DNA of 41,006 nucleotides, from positions 98,678,123-98,719,128 of the forward strand of contig NC_068984.1 in assembly GCF_001194135.2 (NCBI RefSeq), in the 5' to 3' direction. Every line of letters starts with the position of its first letter. The first letter of the stretch is position 1. Shown one piece after another: positions 11,845 through 22,614 of the stretch. The DNA comes from Octopus bimaculoides (lineage: Eukaryota). The notes beneath the pieces are model-generated. The model saw nothing but the letters and a program-made list of their open reading frames with translations, had not been told where the DNA came from and did no database searches. The position numbers and the translations under genes were made by a program.

Positions 11845-13670
11845 AGCAAACATTCACTCTCTGCACATGATTAGCCTCTATAAAGTCTTTGGTTGACGAG
11901 CAGGGGTGTATGATCAAAAGACAGGAGGAGATGCAAAAGGCTTTTCACCAACATCTCGCCCAGTTATTTAGGACTAGCGGAGTGCTGGACTGTGGGGAGT
12001 CCCTAAAAGATTTCTTCACCAGCGGGTCATGACTCTTAGTGTGGGAGGCAAAATGTTGTGAAGGGCCAATTACAGCTGTGGAGGTCAAGGAGGTGCTGGC
12101 TGAATGCACTGGGGACAAGTCGCTGGGGCTGGATGGTCTGCCCTATGAATTTTATTGTAGTTTGCCAGACTTGTTCAGACACTTGCTGGCCTGCATCTCC
12201 ACGAACTAGCAGCAGAATGGGCAGATTCCCAGCTCTGTGAGTCAGGGAGTGGTGATGCTGATCAGAAAAGACCCAAGCAAGGAGGATCATGTTAGTAATT
12301 TCAGGCCCATAATTTTACTCAATATAGAGCTAAAGATTTTGGCCAAGGTGTTAGCAAAAAGGTTGTCACATATTGTGGAGAAACTTGTTGTGAGGGCGCA
12401 GACATGCACCATCCCAGGCAGATCAATCCAGGACAATCTTCATCTCTTATGCTACACCTTAGACAGGGTGGGTAAAGTATCTGGTAAAGGTGGGGAATTG
12501 GTCTATTTAGACCAAAGTAAAGCTTTCGATAGGGTAGACCACTAGTGCCTGGCGGAGAAGAATTGGAGTGAGGTGGCAGGCAGGGTAGAGACCCCACTCC
12601 AGACCTGGTCTGGAAGGGCACTATCCCTGAAAGGGAGGGCGGAGGTGGTACAGGTGTTTATTGCGTCTGTTATCACCTACTGTCTGACCATTGTCCCTTG
12701 CCCTGATTTGTGGCTATGCAAGTTGGTGTGATGTCTCTTCTGCTTTTTGTGGAGGGGAAAACCACTTGTGAGGCGCTCCATATGCTGCCAAGAACCACTA
12801 AAGGGTGGGTTAGGGATGCCTTGGCTAATGATGTGCAGGCATGCACTGAGGCTAAGGCATCTCTGGCTCTACCTGGATGGTGGCCAGGTGTGGAATTTGC
12901 TTGCAGAGGAATTCTTTCCATGACTGGCCTCCCTGGAGGAATTTACACCTGATTATATAAAAAGACAGAATATGACTGAATGGCAAAAGGAGTGCCGACA
13001 AGAACTCACACTAATCCACAGGGAGGGCAGGGCTGGCAGCGGGAATACCACTTCTGTATTTTATAAAGGGATGGTAGAGTATAAGAGCGATGACATCTTA
13101 GGAGAGGCTCTGGGGTTCGATGAGAACCAGCTAGCCAACCTGTTTCAAAAAACCTTCAGGTCGGGGTATTTGGATAATTATCAAAGATCCCTGACCTGGC
13201 AGTGTTACAGGAATGTGTTACCTGTCCATGATAGATTGTCCAGGCATGGAATATCAGTGCCACCAGCATGCCCAAGGTGCGGGCAGGACAAGGAAACTGT
13301 CCTGCACACTCTTGTACAGTGCTTGGAGCTTTCGGGCTTGATAATTTACATAGAACACATGTCGCACCTGGGAAGAGTACAGCTATCAGCTGAGGCTGTG
13401 ATAAAGATTGTACCGCCAACCGGACTATCAAAGGAAGGTGAGGCATGTTTTCTGTGTACGGTCGCAGTAATGAAAGAGTATGTATGGAGAACCAGAATGC
13501 AAAGAATCATGACAGGATCCTTCATCTCCAGCCCTGGTTTGCTATTCTACTTCAGGTACCATCTGAAGAGCAAGATAGAGCTGGAGAGGAGACACCTGTC
13601 ATGAAGTATATATGAGAAAAGATGGAAGGATATTGTGAGGAAGTTGGGAGTGACTGTCCCTACTTAATTC
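11845..13670 (+). mobile_element. Tx1/L1-type LINE ORF2 fragment with internal deletion
   Basis: KSLGLDGLPYEFY...FRPIILLNIELKILAKVLAKRL...LDQSKAFDRVDH, then a jump to thumb-like EKNWSEVAGRV...KGGLGMP, then C-terminal CPRCGQDKETVLHTLVQC (zf-RVT-like). Confidence 0.9.
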
Positions 13671-13819
13671 CACCCATAGTAAGAGCAAGGTGTAGTCACT
13701 GGTTTTCTGGTCATAGTCTGCGAAAATAAGGTTGTGAAAATTATTAATATATATATATATATATTTATAAATATAATTAAGGGATCAGCAAATATTTGCT
13801 TCACCATATACCGAAGTTC

Positions 13820-13922
13820 AGAAATAGCAGCTAAAAAAGCTGAGAATCCCACAGATAGCATCACTTGTAACTCACAAGTGATGCTATCTGTGGGATTCTC
13901 AGCTTTTTTAGCTGCTATTTCT
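13820..13922. repeat. Perfect 49-bp-arm hairpin (5-nt loop) running into an N gap
   Basis: AGAAATAGCAGC...TCACTTGT-AACTC-ACAAGTGA...GCTGCTATTTCT then N (13923-14166). Confidence 0.9.
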
Positions 13923-14267
13923 NNNNNNNNNNNNNNNNNNNNNNNNNNNNNNNNNNNNNNNNNNNNNNNNNNNNNNNNNNNNNNNNNNNNNNNNNNNNNN
14001 NNNNNNNNNNNNNNNNNNNNNNNNNNNNNNNNNNNNNNNNNNNNNNNNNNNNNNNNNNNNNNNNNNNNNNNNNNNNNNNNNNNNNNNNNNNNNNNNNNNN
14101 NNNNNNNNNNNNNNNNNNNNNNNNNNNNNNNNNNNNNNNNNNNNNNNNNNNNNNNNNNNNNNNNNNTAATTACAAGCTCACTTAGCACATTTATATGTTT
14201 GTAACATCCTGTATTGTCCTTCTTTATAATAGATATTATTATCATAATACAGAAATCGGTGATTGTT

Positions 14268-14310
14268 ACATGCTGATGACTGGTCAATACCCAGAAACTT
14301 GGGTCCATGT
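14268..14310 (+). ncRNA. Minimal type I hammerhead ribozyme motif
   Basis: ACAUG-CUGAUGA-C-UGG(UCAAUAC)CCA-GAA-AC(UUGG)GU-C-CAUGU: 5-bp stem I, intact core, GUC triplet, one extra nucleotide after A9. Confidence 0.75.
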
Positions 14311-14470
14311 GTATCACGTCAGGCTGGAGATGGGAAAGATGTCTTCCCTTTGCAAATACTGATAGGGCACAGAAAGTGTGTCAATAGCCAGCTGGAGGAG
14401 ATGTCTTCATGGGGCTACAAACAATAGTAGTATCAACCCTCAAGGGTTAGCCACATTTAGGTGGCAAATA
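14311..14470 (+). mobile_element. Conserved tail downstream of the HHR, homologous to the arm of the 22615-23083 element
   Basis: GTCAATAGCCAGCTGG is identical at 14380 and 22982, 75 and 70 nt after the respective GUC sites. GGCAAATA lies at 14463 and 23065. Confidence 0.75.
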
Positions 14471-14517
14471 TACTTCATGATGTCGTGCAGCTACTGTTTA
14501 TGCCTCGCTCAGAAATT

Positions 14518-14620
<103 letters not shown>

Positions 14621-15395
14621 CAAGAAATAATATTTGTCTCCTTTTATGGAAACAAAAGGGTTTATAGGACTGCAAAAAAGAAGTGCTTTGAGACAAAGAT
14701 AAAAAAACGTTGATCATAGAACAAACATCAAATTCAAGTCAATGACTTTATATATAACACCAAGCCTCAAACATTTGATCACATATAAATATTACCATGG
14801 TTGCTAAACATATAAAAATATACATATACATAAAAACACAGAAGGTAAAAATATATATGCAAATAAAATAGAAATATATAGAACAGCCTATCAGAAAGGT
14901 AAATATAAATGACTAAAAATTCATAAAAATTCTAAAGCGTGTCATACTACCACAAAACTGATAAACTAAGATAAAATAAAATATTATATCAAATGACTAA
15001 AATTATTTCTAAAAGGTTTTTTTACTCTCCTCACACAAAATTACATCCAAAAAGTTCAATTCTTAAAACCATGGTAGGTTAAAGTCCATGAGCAAAAGGA
15101 GTTCCACAAGGTCAATTCAAACACATCTATGGCTATTTTGGGAGCTCACTACCATGGTTCACTTACATTAAAGTGCATCATGGCAATGAACCCTCATCAA
15201 GATGAACAAGAAACACCTTTCCACCCATTCTACACAGCACTTTCCTTGGATAATGGAACTGCAACTGTAACGTCCAACATATTTTTCTTTTTATTCCCTT
15301 ATTTCTCTTCATACTTCCTATATCTCTCCATTTCCAAAATAACTTCTTATACTGAACTCTACTATTTCCCTTTATTAAATTCTCTCATATCATCC

Positions 15396-15435
15396 CTGAT
15401 GATGGGATATTCTTTATATCCCTGAAACAGATGTA
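15396..15435 (+). ncRNA. Hammerhead ribozyme motif, stem I decayed
   Basis: CUGAUGA-U-GGGAUAU(UCUUU)AUAUCCC-U-GAA-ACAGAUGU-A: 7-bp stem II, near-palindromic stem III, GUA triplet. Flanks pair poorly. Confidence 0.55.
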
Positions 15436-15487
15436 AGACTACCTTTCTATTTATAAATGCCCTAGAAATTTCACACTGCCTTGGCTA

Positions 15488-16586
15488 TCATCATCATCGT
15501 TTAACGTCCGCTTTCCATGCTAGCATGGGTTGGACGATTTGACTGAGGACTGGTGAAACCGGATGGCAACACCAGGCTCCAGTCTGATTTGGCAGAGTTT
15601 CTACAGCTGGATGCCCTTCCTAACGCCAACCACTCAGAGAGTGTAGTGGGTGCTTTTACGTGTCACCCGCACGAAAACGGCCACGCTCGAAATGGTGTCT
15701 TTTATGTGCCNNNNNNNNNNNNNNNNNNNNNNNNNNNNNNNNNNNNNNNNNNNNNNNNNNNNNNNNNNNNNNNNNNNNNNNNNNNNNNNNNNNNNNNNNN
15801 NNNNNNNNNNNNNNNNNNNNNNNNNNNNNNNNNNNNNNNNNNNNNNNNNNNNNNNNNNNNNNNNNNNNNNNNNNNNNNNNNNNNNNNNNNNNNNNNNNNN
15901 NNNNNNNNNNNNNNNNNNNNNNNNNNNNNNNNNNNNNNNNNNNNNNNNNNNNNNNNNNNNNNNNNNNNNNNNNNNNNNNNNNNNNNNNNNNNNNNNNNNN
16001 NNNNNNNNNNNNNNNNNNNNNNNNNNNNNNNNNNNNNNNNNNNNNNNNNNNNNNNNNNNNNNNNNNNNNNNNNNNNNNNNNNNNNNNNNNNNNNNNNNNN
16101 NNNNNNNNNNNNNNNNNNNNNNNNNNNNNNNNNNNNNNNNNNNNNNNNNNNNNNNNNNNNNNNNNNNNNNNNNNNNNNNNNNNNNNNNNNNNNNNNNNNN
16201 NNNNNNNNNNNNNNNNNNNNNNNNNNNTGATGCTTCTAATGTTCAGCTTTTCTCTCAAGATACTTACACTCTGACGGGTATTCACATTGACATTACACAT
16301 CCAACGGAGCATACTGGCTTCATTCCTTGCGAGCTTACGTATGTCCTCAGCAGTTACAGCCCATGTTTCACTGCCATGTAGCATGGTTGTTCGTACGCAT
16401 GCGTCATACAGTCTGCCTTTTACTCTGAGTGAGAGTCCCTTTGTCGCCAGCAGGGGTAAGAGCTCTCTAAACTTTGCCCAGGCTATTCTTATTCTAGCAG
16501 CTACACTTTCAGCGCACCCACCCCCACTACTAACTTGGTCGCCCAGATAGCGGAAGCTATCGACTACCTCTAGTTTTTCACCCTGG
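15488..16586 (-). mobile_element. RTE-type LINE 3' end (RT C-terminus + 3' UTR + (GAT)n tail), gap 15711-16227
   Basis: LEVVDSFRYLGDQVSSGGGCAESVAARIRIAWAKFRELLPLL...LYDACVRTTMLHGSETW...EASMLRWMC. The tail ends ...CGTTAAACGATGATGATG. Confidence 0.9.
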
Positions 16587-17253
16587 ATTTAACATACACA
16601 CACACACACGCACATGCACACACACTTGCATATATCAATATTTTCCACCTGATGAAATGATCTTTTATTAATTTGAGTGGTTATTGGGTATTGAGATGTA
16701 TATAATGAGATATCTGAAATATCAATAACTCCTATTTTTTTTGTTTTTTTTTTTGTTCATTTCAACCACATGCAGCTCTTGTTACTTGTTATAGCCTGAG
16801 TCCATATTAATGACACTTCGGTGACTGCATTATATGGAAAAAAGAGTTTAGTGTAGATGAAAATATAATCTTAGTTCTAATGGTAACTTGTCATGCATTC
16901 AATGCATAAATAAGTTTATCATCACCGTCATTGTCATTGTTGTCAACACGATTTCAAAGCCTATTTTTCTATAATTGCATGGGTGGGATGAAAGTATTTT
17001 GGAACACAATTTTTTGACTTTCTTGTCACCAATCTCCTTTTGTTTCTAACCAAAGTAATAATCTCCCACCCTACTGAACAACAAACAGTCAACAGCCATG
17101 ATATGCATTCATGTTGAACTGTAAAGTAAATGACACCTGATGGAAGCCATTGTTTACAAACCACCAAACATAAGGGAAACAGAAACTCATTCATATAAGC
17201 ACACACACACACGTGAATAAATATATTTATATATATATATTATATAAATCCTG

Positions 17254-17293
<40 letters not shown>

Positions 17294-17391
17294 GATTATA
17301 ATGCAGTTCTATATTTAACAGATGAGGAATTATGTGCATTGTTTACATTATTTACATTTGATGGATATTTGTCCTCATCTTGTTTGTTGTT

Positions 17392-17437
17392 AACACAATG
17401 TTTCGGCTGATATACCCTCCAGCCTTCATCAGGTGTC
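17392..17437 (-). ncRNA. Minimal hammerhead ribozyme motif (left arm)
   Basis: GACAC-CUGAUGA-A-GGCUG(GAGGGUAUAU)CAGCC-GAA-ACAU-U-GUGUU. Perfect stem II. G>A change breaks the ACGU palindrome. Confidence 0.7.
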
Positions 17438-17606
17438 TTGGGGAAATCTCGAATTTGGGTTTTCATTTCTAAGGTATTTTTCGATGTTATTATTATTATT
17501 ACTATTATTATTATTATTATTATTATTCAGGCCACTGCCTGGAATTGAACTCGGAATCTTGGGGTTAGTAGCCCGCACTCTTAACCACTACACCATATAC
17601 CCTTGA

Positions 17607-17678
17607 GCATATGGTGTAGTGGTTAAGAGCGAGGGCTACTAACCCCAAGATTCCGAGTTTGATTCCAGGCAGTGACCT
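17607..17678 (+). promoter_or_regulatory. tRNA-like RNA Pol III internal promoter (A box/B box) of the right arm
   Basis: A box TGGTGTAGTGG (17612-17622) and B box GAGTTTGATTCC (17655-17666). The mirror copy reads GAGTTCAATTCC, implying consensus GAGTTCGATTCC. Confidence 0.75.
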
Positions 17679-17680
17679 GA

Positions 17681-17719
<39 letters not shown>

Positions 17720-17766
17720 TCGAAAAATACCTTAGAAATGAGAACCCAAATTCGAAATTTCCCCAA

Positions 17767-17812
17767 GACACCTGATGAAGGCTGGAGCGTATATCAACCG
17801 AAACGTTGTGTT
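17767..17812 (+). ncRNA. Minimal hammerhead ribozyme motif (right arm)
   Basis: GACAC-CUGAUGA-A-GGCUG(GAGCGUAUAU)CAACC-GAA-ACGU-U-GUGUU. 5-bp stem I, palindromic ACGU stem III, GUU triplet, one stem II mismatch. Confidence 0.75.
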
Positions 17813-18003
17813 AACATCAAACAAGATGAGGAAAAATATCCATCAAATGTAAATAATAGAAATAATGAAGATTATAATGGTCGTATTTTTCAACTGATTT
17901 TCTCCAAACTGGGAACGTACATTACTTATGTTCCAGAGATGGTTTTAGACTCTTAAAAATCTTTCACATAGTGAGTAACGGGTCCCCTGGGGGCAGAAAA
18001 TAC

Positions 18004-18110
18004 CTGATCCTGGGTTACGTGGAGAAGGGAGGTAACTCTTTGCAAAGTAACTTTCAGAAATTGATTGTCTCCCTTACATCCATTGGTCAAAACAATTATC
18101 ACAATCTCAT
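18004..18110 (-). CDS. Candidate internal exon of an unidentified host gene
   Basis: Acceptor tctctgttttatatattag|, donor CAG|gtattt. Open 107-nt exon (D)EIVIIVLTNGCKGDNQFLKVTLQRVTSLLHVTQDQ in non-repetitive sequence. No protein recognised. Confidence 0.35.
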
Positions 18111-18473
18111 CTAATATATAAAACAGAGATGCGTGTGTATTCACTTTTCAGGTGTACCTCTATCTCTCTATGTCTCTCTGTCTATATCTCTTTATCCATC
18201 TCTATCTTTATATGTATCTAACTCTCTGTATCTTTCTGTCTATATTCTATCTATTTATATCTGTCTTATTTGTCTAACTAGCTAGTTCTTTCTCTCACCC
18301 CCTCCCTCTATATATCACTCTCTATTGTTTTCACTTTCATTTTTCAGACGCTATTGCTTTCACTTTAAGTTCATTCGCTATTATTTTCACTGTAAATTTT
18401 CAATCACTATTTACAAACAAGAACAACAAATTACAGAAAGAAGTTCACAATTACTGATGAAAGTCATTTTATA

Positions 18474-18650
18474 CATAATTTACTGACAGAAGTAACACCC
18501 TAAATTTCACTTCAATCCATACACTTCCTTACTTTTTCAGCATTTTGTGTTTTTTTTTTTGTTGTTGACGGAATTACTGGTAAAGTAAGTTCATAATTTA
18601 CTGACAAAAGTAACTTCAAAAATTTCACTTAAATCTGTACACTTAGTTAC
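18474..18650. repeat. Diverged direct repeat, ~118-bp period
   Basis: CATAATTTACTGACAGAAGTAAC...AAATTTCACTTCAATC recurs as CATAATTTACTGACAAAAGTAAC...AAATTTCACTTAAATC. Confidence 0.75.
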
Positions 18651-18759
18651 TTTCCCTAAAAATTTCTTATTTACTTTTGCAACGGTTTTGTGTTTTTCTT
18701 TTGTTAATAACTGTTTTATAGTTCCTTCGCTACTGGCTCTTTGGTTCACTAAATACCAC

Positions 18760-18960
18760 CTGACTGGTCCTTGTGCCAGTGGCACGTAAAAGCACCCACT
18801 ACACTCTTGGAGTGGTTGGCGTTAGGAAGGGCATCCAGCTGTAGAAACTCTGCTAGATCAGATTGGAGCCTGGTGCAGCCATCTGGTTCGCCAGTCCTCA
18901 GTCAAATCGTCCAACCCATGCTAGCATGGAAAGTGGACGTTAAACGATGATGATGATGAT
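18760..18960 (+). mobile_element. RTE-type LINE/SINE 3' tail with (GAT)n
   Basis: Reverse-complement match to 15488-15710. Confidence 0.9.
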
Positions 18961-19228
18961 GTATGTATGTATGTATGTATGTGTGTGTGTATGTATTTGT
19001 ATGATATATGTATATGTGTATATATCTATTTATCTCTCTCTCTATATATATATATAAATATATATACATGTATATATGTGNNNNNNNNNNNNNNNNNNNN
19101 NNNNNNNNNNNNNNNNNNNNNNNNNNNNNNNNNNNNNNNNNNNNNNNNNNNNNNNNNNNNNNNNNNNNNNNNNNNNNNNNNNNNNNNNNNNNNNNNNNNN
19201 NNNNNNNNNNNNNNNNNNNNNNNNNNNN

Positions 19229-19260
<32 letters not shown>

Positions 19261-19864
19261 GTGTGTGTGTGTGTATGTATATACACACACACACACATTA
19301 TAGTGTCAAAGACATATTGAAAGAACAAAGTATGAAGAACATGGTATTAGTTTAATGTTAGGGAAGTTATACATACAAAAATACATATATATTTATGCAT
19401 GTGCATATTTACATTTATGAATATACATGTATTTATAGATTATATGTATATATACACTCATCCATACATGCATACATATGCACAAATGTATGTATGTAAT
19501 TATGTATCTATGTGTAAGTATGCATATGTGTGCATTGGCATGTATGTATAATTTTCCTATGACATAAATAATATATTGACGTTTATATTTTCCAGGTGGC
19601 AAAAGCCCCAAATTCTATTAGTGGGAGGAGGGAATGGGCATTATCCTATTGCTGACTCTCTTGAGAGTAATAATGGTATACAGGAATAAAAATGGCATCA
19701 ACAGGAGTATGGAACTGAATTTGTAGCTGATAATGTGCGTGCCAGAAATATACTGATATTTATTGATTCTTTACTTTAACACAAGGTCAAAAATTTGTTC
19801 AAGAAGTGGCATGATCTATTGAATGACCTCATTATACATCTGGTACTCATTTAATGCTGTGAAT

Positions 19865-19980
19865 CTGCAGTAGTGTTGGTGCATTGGTTAAAACATTTTG
19901 CAGTATCTATCTAGCTCTTTGAGTTCAAATCCTGTGAAGCTCAGCTTTGCTTTACATCTTTGTGGGGTTGATAAATAACA
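19865..19980 (+). mobile_element. Highly diverged SINE family A copy
   Basis: GAGTTCAAATCC...CTTTGCTTTACATCTTTGTGGGGTTGATAAATAA. Confidence 0.5.
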
Positions 19981-20729
19981 TGAGTCGGGGGTAGGGATTT
20001 AGCAGAGGCATTAGAATGAATTGTATTTATCCTAACTTGTATTTAAATTCTGCTGTGGCTTCTTGACTACAATGGAAGAAGTTGGAACCCATCAGGTACA
20101 CAACTGTAACTAAGTATAGATAATATTAGAGCACTCCATGATATTTAACTTACTGTGAGTAGATGATATTTGAAAATGATGACACAAGCTAACCCTTGGA
20201 TGAGAGAGAGACTGACTAATTCCATACTTTGGTGCAAGAACACAAACTTGTAAGGAAAGGACTGTGGTGTATGAGATGAGCCTCAATATATTCTTGTGTA
20301 CATTTAAGTAAGACATGAATGAATGAAAATAATCAAATTAACTTTTATTTTTAGCACAAAAACAAATTATATTTAATTTCTTGTGAAACAGTGATTTTAA
20401 AATTGATAAAATTGCTACATAAAATTTATTGCTTAATTAAATATAGGTGGTAGTAATATGGAAATAATGTAAGACATTTTATAATAATAAAAAGTGCACA
20501 GCTGGAAAATCAACCCAACTATATATATTTGGTTGTTATTTAAACATTCACTCAATTGATGCTAAACAAAATTAATTTCAATCTTGGATATACAAAGTGG
20601 TACTAGAGGACCAATTGGAATGTATTTCATCTGCTTTTAACCATTTCTTTTGTTTGCATACACCCTAATATGTGTGTGTGTATAAAGATCAGCATCATCA
20701 TCTGTCTCTGTCTCTGTCTCTCTCTCTGT

Positions 20730-20771
<42 letters not shown>

Positions 20772-20774
<3 letters not shown>

Positions 20775-20964
20775 TATTAATAAAATAAATGGAATAAACG
20801 ATTTTATTTAGTATGGCACTTGTTTCAATCCGTTCTGGGTCTCTTTGGGTACATAAATAAATAGAAAAAAAAGTCTCACTAGAGATTTTCTGATTCAGTT
20901 TTACGTACCACTATATGTGTTTTACTAAATAAAATCATTTATTCCATTTATTTTATTAATACTG
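20772..20964. mobile_element. MITE/fold-back with ~42-bp terminal inverted repeats
   Basis: CAGTATTAATAAAATAAATGGAATAAACGATTTTATTTAGTA versus TACTAAATAAAATCATTTATTCCATTTATTTTATTAATACTG. TA on the left, TT on the right. Confidence 0.85.
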
Positions 20965-21081
20965 TTACCTCAACTGCTACTACGAAGTTCCTGCAATAAA
21001 TCTATGGATAACAACAGGTAATCGAAACTGTGCTGGTGCTTTACTCGTCGTCTACTTATACATTTTGTATAATTTCTCCAT

Positions 21082-21109
<28 letters not shown>

Positions 21110-21113
<4 letters not shown>

Positions 21114-21350
21114 AGGACACCTGTGTAAAGAAGTGCCGATCTCTAACTGTGGAGGAGCTTGTGCTAGAGGTAGACTCAGGAAGACATGGGACAAGGTGAT
21201 GAAGTATGATATTTGAACTTTGAGCCTCACAGAGTCAATGACTGATGACTGAGACTTTTGGCGATGTGCTGTGCTTGAGAGGATCCATCAAGTGTACCCA
21301 TGCTGGTGGCATGTAGACACACCTCGGTGTCACACAAATGGCACCCATGC
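21110..21350 (+). mobile_element. RTE-type LINE C-terminal fragment
   Basis: DTCVKKCRSLTV...ARGRLRKTWDKVMKYDI*TLSLTESMTDD*DFWRCAV matches the GRPRKTW...DR..WR tail of RTE ORF2. Confidence 0.7.
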
Positions 21351-21379
21351 CCATAGCACCAATATGTATTTCTTGAAAA

Positions 21380-21610
21380 AAATCTCTTTCTGGAATTCTC
21401 ATAGCCGTCAGAGGTCCTTAAATTCTTAAGAGATGTAGTCTCTCAAAAGAACATACAGAACATCGTTTTGCTCCATTAATATAGGATCTGGTTTTCTAAG
21501 GATTTTCCATTTGATGTTATACCTGGTTCCTTTGTCTTTGAGTTTCCCAATTAAAGCCGAAAGGTCTGTTTCATACATTTCATAACCATGTCTAAAATTC
21601 AAAAAGGATG
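21380..21610 (-). mobile_element. Penelope-like C-terminal fragment
   Basis: FRH...ETDLSALIGKLKDKGTRYNIKWKILRK, frameshift, then YINGAKRCSVC. Homologous to 25830-26345 and 40075-40330. Confidence 0.75.
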
Positions 21611-21716
21611 GTTGTTTTATATATATATATATATGTGTGTATGTGTGTGTATTTATATGTATATATATATGTGTGTGTGTATATATATATATATATATGC
21701 AAATATATGTGAGTAT

Positions 21717-21748
<32 letters not shown>

Positions 21749-22614
21749 NNNNNNNNNNNNNNNNNNNNNNNNNNNNNNNNNNNNNNNNNNNNNNNNNNNN
21801 NNNNNNNNNNNNNNNNNNNNNNNNNNNNNNNNNNNNNNNNNNNNNNNNNNNNNNNNNNNNNNNNNNNNNNNNNNNNNNNNNNNNNNNNNNNNNNNNNNNN
21901 NNNNNNNNNNNNNNNNNNNNNNNNNNNNNNNNNNNNNNNNNNNNNNNNNNNNNNNNNNNNNNNNNNNNNNNNNNNNNNNNNNNNNNNNNNNNNNNNNNNN
22001 NNNNNNNNNNNNNNNNNNNNNNNNNNNNNNNNNNNNNNNNNNNNNNNNNNNNNNNNNNNNNNNNNNNNNNNNNNNNNNNNNNNNNNNNNNNNNNNNNNNN
22101 NNNNNNNNNNNNNNNNNNNNNNNNNNNNNNNNNNNNNNNNNNNNNNNNNNNNNNNNNNNNNNNNNNNNNNNNNNNNNNNNNNNNNNNNNNNNNNNNNNNN
22201 NNNNNNNNNNNNNNNNNNNNNNNNNNNNNNNNNNNNNNNNNNNNNNNNNNNNNNNNNNNNNNNNNNNNNNNNNNNNNNNNNNNNNNNNNNNNNNNNNNNN
22301 NNNNNNNNNNNNNNNNNNNNNNNNNNNNNNNNNNNNNNNNNNNNNNNNNNNNNNNNNNNNNNNNNNNNNNNNNNNNNNNNNNNNNNNNNNNNNNNNNNNN
22401 NNNNNNNNNNNNNNNNNNNNNNNNNNNNNNNNNNNNNNNNNNNNNNNNNNNNNNNNNNNNNNNNNNNNNNNNNNNNNNNNNNNNNNNNNNNNNNNNNNNN
22501 NNNNNNNNNNNNNNNNNNNNNNNNNNNNNNNNNNNNNNNTATATATATATATATATAGGAGAAGAACAATTAGTTTTGAATCTCTGAGCGAGAAATAAGA
22601 AGTAACAGTACTAC

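Larger units (their letters stand above)
17347..17857. mobile_element. Palindromic element: two head-to-head tRNA-headed, HHR-tailed units
   Basis: Arms 17347-17598 and 17609-17857 are reverse complements around the 10-nt spacer ACCCTTGAGC. Each arm is tRNA-like head, then (AAT)n, then HHR. Confidence 0.9.

Noticed and set aside
17607-17678. Functional tRNA gene
   Set aside because: A/B boxes are present, but the acceptor and anticodon stems pair poorly and it runs into (AAT)n and a repeat tail. Treated as a SINE head.
15488-18960. Inverted pair 15488-15710 / 18760-18960 as TIRs of a large composite transposon
   Set aside because: Both are ordinary RTE 3' tails with (GAT)n ends in opposite orientation, and they are not symmetric about the 17.6-kb palindrome.
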